Of a DNA stretch of 64,000 nt, positions 17,794 to 25,262 are shown piece after piece. The notes under the pieces were generated by a model. That model was not told the origin of the DNA, searched no databases, and saw nothing but the letters and a program-made list of their open reading frames with translations. The DNA comes from Bryobacterales bacterium (GTDB taxonomy: Bacteria; Acidobacteriota; Terriglobia; Bryobacterales; Bryobacteraceae), in the NCBI GenBank assembly GCA_020852175.1, contig JADZBH010000066.1, forward strand, positions 18,208 to 82,207, in the 5' to 3' direction. The translations under genes and the position numbers were made by a program. Positions within the stretch are counted from its first letter, which is position 1; every line of letters starts with the position of its first letter.

Positions 17794-18975
17794 GTGATCC
17801 TACCTCGCTACGCGGCCAAATATCAGACGAATCTGCTCGATTCGGTCATTCCCTTCTGGGTCCGCCATTCTGTGGACTGGGAAGCGGGCGGATACTTCAC
17901 CTGCCTGGATCGCGAGGGCGCCGTCTATGATCCGCGCAAGTATGTCTGGCTCCAGGGGCGTCAGATCTGGATGTTCAGCCGTCTGTACAACCAGGTCGAG
18001 CGCCGGCAGGAATGGCTGGATATCGCCACGCACGGCATGAACTTCCTGCTGCGCCATGCGCGCGACGCCGGGGGCCGCTACTATTTCCGGCTGGCGCGCG
18101 ACGGCCGTCCCTCATTCTTCCAACGCAAGCCCTATGCGGCCGTGTTCGCGGTGATGGCGCTGGCCGAATATGCGCGAACCGGCGCGGGCGAACAGTACCG
18201 GTCCGCCGCCATCAGCCTGTTCTGGCAGGTGATCGAATGGATCCGCCAGCCCGTCCTGCTGGGCCGGGAGGCGCTATCCGGACAGCCGCCATTCCAGAGC
18301 CTGGCGGACTCGATTGTCATCGCCAAGATGGCGCTGGAGATCGCGGATCTCGATGGCGATCCCCGCCTGGGCCAACTCATGCACGGCTGCCTCGACGAGG
18401 CCCTGCTGCACCACGACCCCACCCGCGACATCCTGCTCGAATTTCGCGGCGGCGGCGCGGAGGCCCGGTTCTATCCCGAGGGCCGGTTGTTCAACCCGGG
18501 CCATTCGGTGGAGGCAGCCTGGCTGCTCTGGCTGCTCGCCGAACGGATAGGACGATGCGAAGAACTGCCGCGGATCCAACGGATTCTCGAAGGCAGCCTC
18601 ACCCTCGGATGGGATGCTGAGTTTGGCGGGCTGCATTACTTCATGGACATCGAGGGACGTCCGCTGCTGCAACTGGAAGCGTCCATGAAACTCTGGTGGC
18701 CTCATGCCGAGGCCCTGTTCGCCGCCGTCCTTGCCTACTGCCGCACCGCCGAACCCCGCTGGCTCACTTGGCTGGAACGGATCGACGAGTACTCGTTCCG
18801 CCATTTCGACGACCCCGGCCACGGCGAATGGTTCGGCTACCGCGACCGGCAGGGCAACCTCACCCACACGTTGAAGGGCAATCATTACAAGGGCTGTTTC
18901 CACGTCCCGCGAGCGCTGCTGTTTTCCTGGAGGGCCCTCGCGGAGGCGGGCGAAACCGCGGGGAAAGACGAGTAG
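17794..18975 (+). CDS. N-acylglucosamine 2-epimerase (AGE) superfamily enzyme
   Basis: Track ORF 17695..18975. The in-frame GTG at 17794 gives ILPRYAAKYQTNLLDSVIPFWVRHSVDWEAGGYFTCLDREG, which matches AGE/renin-binding-protein N-termini. (alpha/alpha)6-barrel-like repeats run throughout. The upstream 33 codons are Arg/Pro/Gly-rich and non-coding-like. Confidence 0.75.
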   Translation: MILPRYAAKYQTNLLDSVIPFWVRHSVDWEAGGYFTCLDREGAVYDPRKYVWLQGRQIWMFSRLYNQVERRQEWLDIATHGMNFLLRHARDAGGRYYFRLARDGRPSFFQRKPYAAVFAVMALAEYARTGAGEQYRSAAISLFWQVIEWIRQPVLLGREALSGQPPFQSLADSIVIAKMALEIADLDGDPRLGQLMHGCLDEALLHHDPTRDILLEFRGGGAEARFYPEGRLFNPGHSVEAAWLLWLLAERIGRCEELPRIQRILEGSLTLGWDAEFGGLHYFMDIEGRPLLQLEASMKLWWPHAEALFAAVLAYCRTAEPRWLTWLERIDEYSFRHFDDPGHGEWFGYRDRQGNLTHTLKGNHYKGCFHVPRALLFSWRALAEAGETAGKDE

Positions 18976-18990
18976 CATCCCCGCGTAGCG

Positions 18991-21087
18991 TCACTCCAGC
19001 CACAGCACCTCGTATCCTTTCAGAACGAGATCGCCCTGAACGCTCCGGCCGGAGAGGCGGTCCGTGGCGGCGCGTGAAAGCCTGAGTTGAGCGGCCTTCG
19101 AACTCGTGTTGACCAGGAACAGGCTTGCATCCATGCGCGGCACCGCCTGCACTCCTGCCGGCGCGGCGGCGGCCAGCAAGGCTTTACCGTCCAGAACCAG
19201 CGACCGGAACAGGCGCATCAACGAATCGTCTTTCGGCCAGAAGGCCAGCTTGATGGCGCTTCCCGTGCCAGTCCGTGTCCGCACGGCGGCGGGCTGGCCA
19301 TGTAGGACCGGTTCGCCGCTCTGGAAGCGGCCGAAGATCTCGGCGCCGGGCCGCACCTTCAGGTACTCGCAGTACCCGTCGATCCCCACCGGACTCGTGC
19401 CGTCCAGCCATACGACCTTCTGATCCTCGCGTCCGGCATCGGCCGAAGTGCCCATGCGGCGGGCGGTGCGCGCCACCGCGCCGGTCAGTTCCGCGAGATT
19501 GCCGCCGAAGCCATCGCCGCGAAAGACTCCGTCGTTGCTCATATAGGCGGTAAAGGGCGTAACGACCACATGGCCGCCCTTGGCGGCGTACGCCTGCAAA
19601 GCCGCGGGCAACCCGGGGTGGTCCAGCGCGGTGGCGGCAGCGAGAACAACCACCTGGTAACGGTCGAGTCTTCCAGGTTGGAGTGCGTCCGGGAGGTTCA
19701 TGCTATCCACGCCGATGCCAAGGCGGTGGAAGGCGTCGAATGTCTCGGGGATGATCCGCGGACTGGACGTTGTGTGCTTGTATATGTCGAGAGCGGATCT
19801 CTGGTCGAAGTCGGTGAGGACCAGGGCGCTGGCCTTCACAGGCTGCTCTATCAGCCGCGCGCCCCACCGTTTGAACAATGCGCCCACATCCACCACCCAG
19901 CCGAAATCGGGCTCCGGCTCGCCGGTCCAGTCCAGAACGCCGCCCCAGTGAGGCCAGTGACCTCCGCGCCAGCGGTTACCGGACCAGAACATCAATCCGA
20001 ACGAACCGAACGCCGCGGGTTGCAGCATCCACATCCGGAACTGGGCCTGTGACGGGAAGGGGTCGGACTGCACCGTACCGCCCGCCACGCCCACGCGGGT
20101 CTCCGTGGTCATGAACTTGTTCAGGCCATGCGCGGACCGGTGCATGTCCTGATGCCAGGCCAGGGTCTCCCAGAATTCGGGACGATCGGCGGAAGGCTGA
20201 TAGAAGTTGAGCCCAGCGACATCGAGCGACCGGCGCACCTGCGGATCGTCGGCGAGCGCGGTGAAATACGTGTTCCAATCGGTGGTGATCCACTGCCGGA
20301 CGCCGGCCGCGCGCAACGCCTGGCTCTGTTCGGCGAACAGGTCGAGAATCGTGTCGCGGCGAAAACGCAGGTTGGCGAGCCCCAGGGCCGGAAGGCTGCC
20401 ATCGATGTGCCGGCCGGGCAATGGGACTTTCTCCAACGAAGTGACCCGCATCCCCCAACTGGTGAGCAAAAGCCGCCGGTTCAACTCATCCGCCGTGCCA
20501 TAGGTTTTCACGAGCCATGCGCGCCAGGCCCGCTGGCAGGCGGCGTTGTAACAGACGTGGTTCACCTTGTGCTCGATTTCGTTGTCCAGTTGCCAGCCGA
20601 TCACCGACGGGTGGTCCTTGAAGGCCCTTCCCAACGCCGTCACATAGCGAGCGACCGCCGCTCGATAGGCCGGATGATTCAGGCACACCGAGTGCCGGCT
20701 GTGCGGATGGACGTCGGCGCCGGGCTCCAACTGCATCAGGATCCCCGGGTTCTGCTCGTACAGCCACTGCGGAATGATGTAGCTCGACGTGCCCAGAATC
20801 GTCTTCAACCCGCGGCGGTGCGCATCGTCGAGAAAGTCCCTCAGCCATCCGAAGTCGTACTTGCCTGGCGCGGTTTCGAGATTTCCCCAGGAGGACTCGC
20901 TTACGCGCACCACCGTGAAGTGAGCCTTCTGGAATTCATCGAGCATCCGGTTCCACTCTTCCCGGGTTTGCAATTCCGGGTAGACGCTGGCCCCGTACAG
21001 AAACCGGTCCGTGTCCACCGCCGGTCCGGCGGCGGACAGGGGTGCGGCGAATCCGAGGGCCAGCGTGGCAAGAAGTAAGCGAAACAT
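18991..21087 (-). CDS. GH42-family beta-galactosidase with N-terminal signal peptide
   Basis: MFRLLLATLALGFAAPLSAAGP signal. GH42-like N-terminal TIM barrel (YPELQTREEWNRMLDEFQKAHFTVVRVSESSWGNLE, GWQLDNE acid/base). GGAGG lies 8 nt upstream of the ATG, and the gap to the upstream ThuA gene is only 15 nt. Confidence 0.8.
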   Translation of the reverse strand: MFRLLLATLALGFAAPLSAAGPAVDTDRFLYGASVYPELQTREEWNRMLDEFQKAHFTVVRVSESSWGNLETAPGKYDFGWLRDFLDDAHRRGLKTILGTSSYIIPQWLYEQNPGILMQLEPGADVHPHSRHSVCLNHPAYRAAVARYVTALGRAFKDHPSVIGWQLDNEIEHKVNHVCYNAACQRAWRAWLVKTYGTADELNRRLLLTSWGMRVTSLEKVPLPGRHIDGSLPALGLANLRFRRDTILDLFAEQSQALRAAGVRQWITTDWNTYFTALADDPQVRRSLDVAGLNFYQPSADRPEFWETLAWHQDMHRSAHGLNKFMTTETRVGVAGGTVQSDPFPSQAQFRMWMLQPAAFGSFGLMFWSGNRWRGGHWPHWGGVLDWTGEPEPDFGWVVDVGALFKRWGARLIEQPVKASALVLTDFDQRSALDIYKHTTSSPRIIPETFDAFHRLGIGVDSMNLPDALQPGRLDRYQVVVLAAATALDHPGLPAALQAYAAKGGHVVVTPFTAYMSNDGVFRGDGFGGNLAELTGAVARTARRMGTSADAGREDQKVVWLDGTSPVGIDGYCEYLKVRPGAEIFGRFQSGEPVLHGQPAAVRTRTGTGSAIKLAFWPKDDSLMRLFRSLVLDGKALLAAAAPAGVQAVPRMDASLFLVNTSSKAAQLRLSRAATDRLSGRSVQGDLVLKGYEVLWLE

Positions 21088-21102
21088 ACGGTCGGCCTCC
21101 TG

Positions 21103-22575
21103 TTACTGAAGCTTGCCTGCCGCCCAGAGGACCGCGTTGCGCACCAGCTTTCTGTACCCCGGATGGCGCATCGTGCTTTCTTCGTGACCCATCTGGATGT
21201 AGACAACCCGTGCCGCGGGATGCGGTCCGAGATAAACCACCGGCTTGTCGTTGAGCGGGTGGTCCACCTCCATGAGCGGCTCGATCGCCGGGGAGTGCCA
21301 CATGCCCCGGTAGGCCTCATCCACCAGCGGCAGCGGTCCAAGCCCGCGGATGACCGGGTGCGTTGCCATGCCCTTCACCGGCTGGGCCACCATCGCTACC
21401 TTTTCCGTGTAGCTGGATTTTCCGTGTTTGTCCGTGGCGTCGATGAAATACTTGCCGCCCGTGACCTCTTCGTACCACCAGGGCCACGACGTGTAATCGA
21501 CGATGGCGTGATGCGTGGAGACGACGCCCTTGCCCGCTTCCACGAAGGCGCGGAGGCTGGCCTTCCCGGCGTCGCCGATGGTCTCCCCCATGTCATGCAG
21601 CAGCACGGCGTCGTATCTGTCCAGCGTCGTGGGCGTGAACGCCTCCTGCTGCGAGGCGGCATGATACCAGACGATGTCGTCGTAACCTTCAAAGAGCGTA
21701 TAGAACGCGGCCGGATAGTTGTGCCCCCCCGTGACCACCAGCAGCCGCGCCGCGTCCTTCCTGGGCCTGGGCCGCGCGGAAACCTCGGCGGGCAGCGTTA
21801 CCGCTCCGGTGGAGGCCCATTCGACGCCGCGAGCGAAAGCGGCCAGGAATCCAGGCTGCGCCATGGCGGACAGGTCGTGGCCCAGGGTGAGGTGCAGAGT
21901 CCTACCCGCGCCAAACGCAGTCGTCCAGACGATGGGCTCATCACGGCCCGTTCCACGCGATTCCGGCGCGCTGTAGGCCGTGGCGAGCACCTTGGCGTCC
22001 GGAAGAAGGTCGAGCTTGTGATACAGCTCATCGTTGGCGAGGAAGGTCTCTTCCAATCCCCGGCTGATTGGATGCTCGCGATCGATCCATTTCACGGGAA
22101 AGGCGTGCCGGACGCTGTGGCCGATCTTTTCCGGCGCCCAGGTGGCGCCAATAAGCCGCGGATAGGCAAGCCAGCCCTGGCTGCCCTTGCTCGATGCCGA
22201 CCATCGTTTCTGGAACTCCTGGCCGTAGAACTCTCCATAGGTGACGCCGTGGAAGGAGACAAGGCCGCCCCCGGAACGGACGAACTCCTCGATGGCAGCC
22301 TCGGCTTCCGGCCCCCAACGGGGACCGTTGTAGTTCAGCACCAAAGCCGCGTAGTCCGAAAGACCGCGCGCGGTGAGGCCGCGAACCTCTTCAATCACCT
22401 TGACCTCGAAGCGCCCCGTACCTTCCAGCACGCCGCGCAGGTAAGGCGTCGATACGCGCCAGTCGTGATATGGAAGGTCCGACGCACCGGTGAGAATCAG
22501 GACCCGGATACGGTCCGGCGGCGCCGCGACGGCAAGGACGCCGCAAGCGGCGATAAGCAGGGCGCATCGCATCAT
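21103..22575 (-). CDS. Exported protein with two tandem ThuA-like (trehalose-utilisation, class-I amidotransferase-fold) domains
   Basis: Track ORF 21103..22686. The ATG at 22575 overlaps the upstream stop (ATGA) and gives the signal peptide MMRCALLIAACGVLAVAAP. First domain: RVLILTGASDLPYHDWRVSTPYLRGVLE..GGGLVSFHG. Second domain: RLLVVTGGHNYPAAFYTLFE..GKGVVSTHHA. Confidence 0.7.
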   Translation of the reverse strand: MMRCALLIAACGVLAVAAPPDRIRVLILTGASDLPYHDWRVSTPYLRGVLEGTGRFEVKVIEEVRGLTARGLSDYAALVLNYNGPRWGPEAEAAIEEFVRSGGGLVSFHGVTYGEFYGQEFQKRWSASSKGSQGWLAYPRLIGATWAPEKIGHSVRHAFPVKWIDREHPISRGLEETFLANDELYHKLDLLPDAKVLATAYSAPESRGTGRDEPIVWTTAFGAGRTLHLTLGHDLSAMAQPGFLAAFARGVEWASTGAVTLPAEVSARPRPRKDAARLLVVTGGHNYPAAFYTLFEGYDDIVWYHAASQQEAFTPTTLDRYDAVLLHDMGETIGDAGKASLRAFVEAGKGVVSTHHAIVDYTSWPWWYEEVTGGKYFIDATDKHGKSSYTEKVAMVAQPVKGMATHPVIRGLGPLPLVDEAYRGMWHSPAIEPLMEVDHPLNDKPVVYLGPHPAARVVYIQMGHEESTMRHPGYRKLVRNAVLWAAGKLQ

Positions 22576-23468
22576 GAACCGTTCAAGCGCGTGTTGTCCC
22601 ATACGGCCCCCCTGGTTTCGATTTCCGCCACCAACCGCCGCATCCAGGCCAGGCTGCTCTCGATCAGCCCTCCCTGGGCTTCGCATTCAATCACCAGCAC
22701 GCCGCTGTACCCGTAACCGGCAAGCAATTCCACGCAACTGCGCACATTGGCGGCGTTCAGCCCGTCCCCGATGGCGCACTGGCTGTTGCCGATCCCGGTC
22801 AGCTCTCCCTGCGCCTCCGCCGCCAGACTCGCGCTGACGTCCTTGACGTGAACATGGCTGATCTTGTCGCGAAAGCGCTCGACGAAACTCACCGGATCCT
22901 GGCCGGCGATGAAGACATTGCCGATGTCCATGTTCAGGCGCAAATACGGCGAGTCGACGAAACTGAGCATCTCCTCCAGAAAATCCGGCTTGGTCGTGTA
23001 GTAACCGTGAGGTTCGATATTGACAGTCACCTGATACGCTTCCGCCGTTCGCAGGATGCGGCCGTAGATACGCCTCATCTGCTCCATCGCCTCGCGGTCG
23101 GTCATTCCCGGCGGGCGCGTATGGTCGTCCGTGGTGTCGATTCTCGGGCAGCCCGCCAGCCGCGCCCAAGGAATGGTGTGAAGGACGTATTCCAGTCCGA
23201 TCGTCGCGCCTTCGGGCGTCGACAGCGGGAACGCCGCGTCCACCTGCGTGAACGCGACGCCATAGCGGTCCATCTTGTTCCGGAGCAGAACCGGGTCCTC
23301 CCATAGGGCGACGTGGGGATGGTAGCCCAGGCCGTGAATCCAGGAAACGCCGTCGATGACGCCGCATTCGATCCAATGCACGCCGTTCGCCTGGGCCCAG
23401 GCCAGACACTGCTCAAAACTCCAGAACGAGGAGGTAAACGCATCGGTGTGAAACCCAAGCTCCAGCAT
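22572..23468 (-). CDS. Xylose-isomerase-like TIM-barrel protein (sugar phosphate isomerase/epimerase family), paralog A
   Basis: MLELGFHTDAF..NIEPHGYYTTKP..LNMDIGNVFIAG..HVHVKDV..VIECE is the metal-binding pattern of the AP_endonuc_2/xylose-isomerase-like fold. No signal peptide. 2-nt gap to the GntR stop. Confidence 0.8.
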   Translation of the reverse strand: MLELGFHTDAFTSSFWSFEQCLAWAQANGVHWIECGVIDGVSWIHGLGYHPHVALWEDPVLLRNKMDRYGVAFTQVDAAFPLSTPEGATIGLEYVLHTIPWARLAGCPRIDTTDDHTRPPGMTDREAMEQMRRIYGRILRTAEAYQVTVNIEPHGYYTTKPDFLEEMLSFVDSPYLRLNMDIGNVFIAGQDPVSFVERFRDKISHVHVKDVSASLAAEAQGELTGIGNSQCAIGDGLNAANVRSCVELLAGYGYSGVLVIECEAQGGLIESSLAWMRRLVAEIETRGAVWDNTRLNGS

Positions 23469-23470
23469 GG

Positions 23471-24229
23471 CTACCGGTTCGCCTCCCTGATGAGGTTCAT
23501 CCCGGCGGAATGGAGATGGTCGATCATCGCCTTCTCGGCCAGGTCGGCCTGCCGCTTCAGAATGGCTTCCACGATGGCCCGGTGGCCCTCGCGCATCGCC
23601 TGCACGTCAGGTGGGAAGTACAGCTTACCGGCGGGGTTGCCGGGAATCCGCGCAATCAGGAACTCATGCATATGCCACAGAACGGGATTGTTGGCCCCTC
23701 TGAAGATCGCCGCATGGAGTTCATAGTCCAGCCTGGCGGCCACCTTCCAGTCGCGGTCGTGCATCTCCACACGCCTGCATGCCTGCTCGATATCCAGCAA
23801 CTGCCTTTCACTGGCCCGCGTCGCCGCCAGCCAGGCGGCTTTCGGTTCCAGGATCTTGCGGGCCTCCAGAAGGTCGAGCACGCCAAACTCAGGGGGACTC
23901 ACGCCGCCCGGTGGCGGCGGTTCCGTCGCCAGGACGCCTGTCTTCCGGTATGTTCCCGAGCCTCTCCGGCTCTCCAGGATCCCGAGGCCGCTCAGAACCT
24001 TGATTGCCTCGCGGAGAGCGGGCCGGCCCACACCAAGCTCCGAAGCCAGAATGCGTTCGGACGGCAGTTTCGAGCCTGCGGGGAACCGGCCGTCCTCGAT
24101 CCACCCGCGAAGTTTCGTCAAGACGTCTGGCACCGGCGTGCTGTCCGGTTTTGGCGGAGCCGGCGGACCCGGCGCGAAGGCCGGATGGCGGGGAGCGGGC
24201 GTGAGCGAATCGCGCTTCAGCCAAACCAT
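23471..24229 (-). CDS. GntR-family (FadR/FCD subfamily) transcriptional regulator
   Basis: Track ORF 23471..24265 starts at a TTG inside an operator repeat; ATG 24229 (MVWLKRDS..) is more likely. wHTH KLPSERILASELGVGRPALREAIKVLSGLGILESRRGSGTYR. C-terminal FCD-like helical domain (DYELHAAIFRGANNPVL..HRAIVEAI). Confidence 0.85.
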   Translation of the reverse strand: MVWLKRDSLTPAPRHPAFAPGPPAPPKPDSTPVPDVLTKLRGWIEDGRFPAGSKLPSERILASELGVGRPALREAIKVLSGLGILESRRGSGTYRKTGVLATEPPPPGGVSPPEFGVLDLLEARKILEPKAAWLAATRASERQLLDIEQACRRVEMHDRDWKVAARLDYELHAAIFRGANNPVLWHMHEFLIARIPGNPAGKLYFPPDVQAMREGHRAIVEAILKRQADLAEKAMIDHLHSAGMNLIREANR

Positions 24230-24250
24230 GCAAGAAGATCTTATCACTAC

Positions 24251-24264
24251 AAGTGGTATTACCA
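24251..24264. promoter_or_regulatory. GntR-type operator candidate 1 (AAGTGGTATTACCA; core palindrome TGGTA-T-TACCA)
   Basis: Perfect 11-bp palindrome of the GT-N-AC GntR type. An identical 14-mer occurs inverted at 24358..24371. It sits 22 to 35 bp upstream of the GntR ATG. Confidence 0.6.
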
Positions 24265-24285
24265 ATACGAATTTTTTACCTTCAA
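24256..24285 (-). promoter_or_regulatory. Candidate promoter of the GntR operon (TTGAAG-N18-TAATAC, -10 box inside operator 1)
   Basis: On the minus strand, TTGAAG (24280..24285), an 18-nt spacer and TAATAC (24256..24261). Motif match only. Confidence 0.25.
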
Positions 24286-24298
24286 GTAAGAATTTTTA

Positions 24299-24327
24299 TT
24301 GACAGAAAAAAGTTTCAACCATAGGTT
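24299..24327 (+). promoter_or_regulatory. Candidate promoter of the plus-strand operon (TTGACA-N17-TAGGTT)
   Basis: TTGACA 24299..24304, 17-nt spacer, TAGGTT 24322..24327. Operator 2 would lie about +25 relative to the predicted start site. Motif match only. Confidence 0.3.
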
Positions 24328-24357
24328 AGATCAGAAATGAGCTTGCTTCGGCTCATG

Positions 24358-24371
24358 TGGTAATACCACTT
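24358..24371. promoter_or_regulatory. GntR-type operator candidate 2 (TGGTAATACCACTT, inverted copy of operator 1)
   Basis: Exact reverse complement of 24251..24264. It ends 16 bp upstream of ATG 24387. It is preceded by a 6-bp stem hairpin ATGAGC-N8-GCTCAT (24337..24356). Confidence 0.6.
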
Positions 24372-24386
24372 AGCGGGTCTGATCTT

Positions 24387-25262
24387 ATGCACATTGGCTT
24401 TCATACGGACGCCTTCAACAGCTCGTACTGGAGTTTCGACCAGTGCCTGGAGTGGGCGCACCGGCACGATCTTTCATACATCGAATGCGGAACTATCGAC
24501 GGCGTGTCGTGGATTCACGGCCTGGGCTACCAGCCCCATGTAGCGCTTTGGGAGGACCCGCTCGCGCTCCGCCTGAAGATGGACAGGCTTGGCATCCAGT
24601 TCTCGCAACTGGACGCCGCGTTTCCACTTTCCCGGCCGGAAGGCGCGACGCTGGGGGTGGAATACATCCTCCACTCGATGCGCTGGGCCCACATCGCGGG
24701 TTGCCCCCGCATCGACACCACGGACGACAGGTTCCAACCCGAGTGCATGACCGACGCCGAAGCGCTGGCGCACATGCGCCGGATCTACGCGCGGATCGTG
24801 ACGGCGGCCGAGCGTTACGGAATCGTGATCAACATCGAGCCCCACGGCTATTTCACGACGAAGCCCGAGTTCATGGACGAGATGCTGCGGTTCGTGGACT
24901 CGCCTTACCTGCGCATGAACATGGACACCGGCAACACCTTCATCGCGGGACAGGACCCCGTGGCGTTCCTGGAACGGTTCCAGCCGCGGGTGAACCACGT
25001 GCACATCAAGGACGTCAGCGCCAGCCTGGCCGCGGCGTCACAGGGAGCGTTGACCGGCATCGCAGTGAGCCATTGCGCGATCGGCGACGGCGTGAACGCG
25101 GCGAACATCCGCCGGTGCGTGGACTCGCTTGCGGCTGCCGGTTATGACGGCGTGCTCAGCCTGGAATGCGAGGGACAAGGCGGCCCGATGCTCGAACGCA
25201 GCCTCGATTGGATGCGCGGGCTTCTGAAGGAAACTTCCAGCACGGTGGAGAACCATGGATAA
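24387..25262 (+). CDS. Xylose-isomerase-like TIM-barrel protein, paralog B
   Basis: Track ORF 24357..25262 begins at a GTG inside operator 2. ATG 24387 (MHIGFHTDAF) aligns with the start of paralog A. 69 of the first 100 aligned residues are identical to paralog A by manual count, with the same NIEPHGY / NMDTGN / HVHIKDV / LECE motifs. Confidence 0.8.
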   Translation: MHIGFHTDAFNSSYWSFDQCLEWAHRHDLSYIECGTIDGVSWIHGLGYQPHVALWEDPLALRLKMDRLGIQFSQLDAAFPLSRPEGATLGVEYILHSMRWAHIAGCPRIDTTDDRFQPECMTDAEALAHMRRIYARIVTAAERYGIVINIEPHGYFTTKPEFMDEMLRFVDSPYLRMNMDTGNTFIAGQDPVAFLERFQPRVNHVHIKDVSASLAAASQGALTGIAVSHCAIGDGVNAANIRRCVDSLAAAGYDGVLSLECEGQGGPMLERSLDWMRGLLKETSSTVENHG

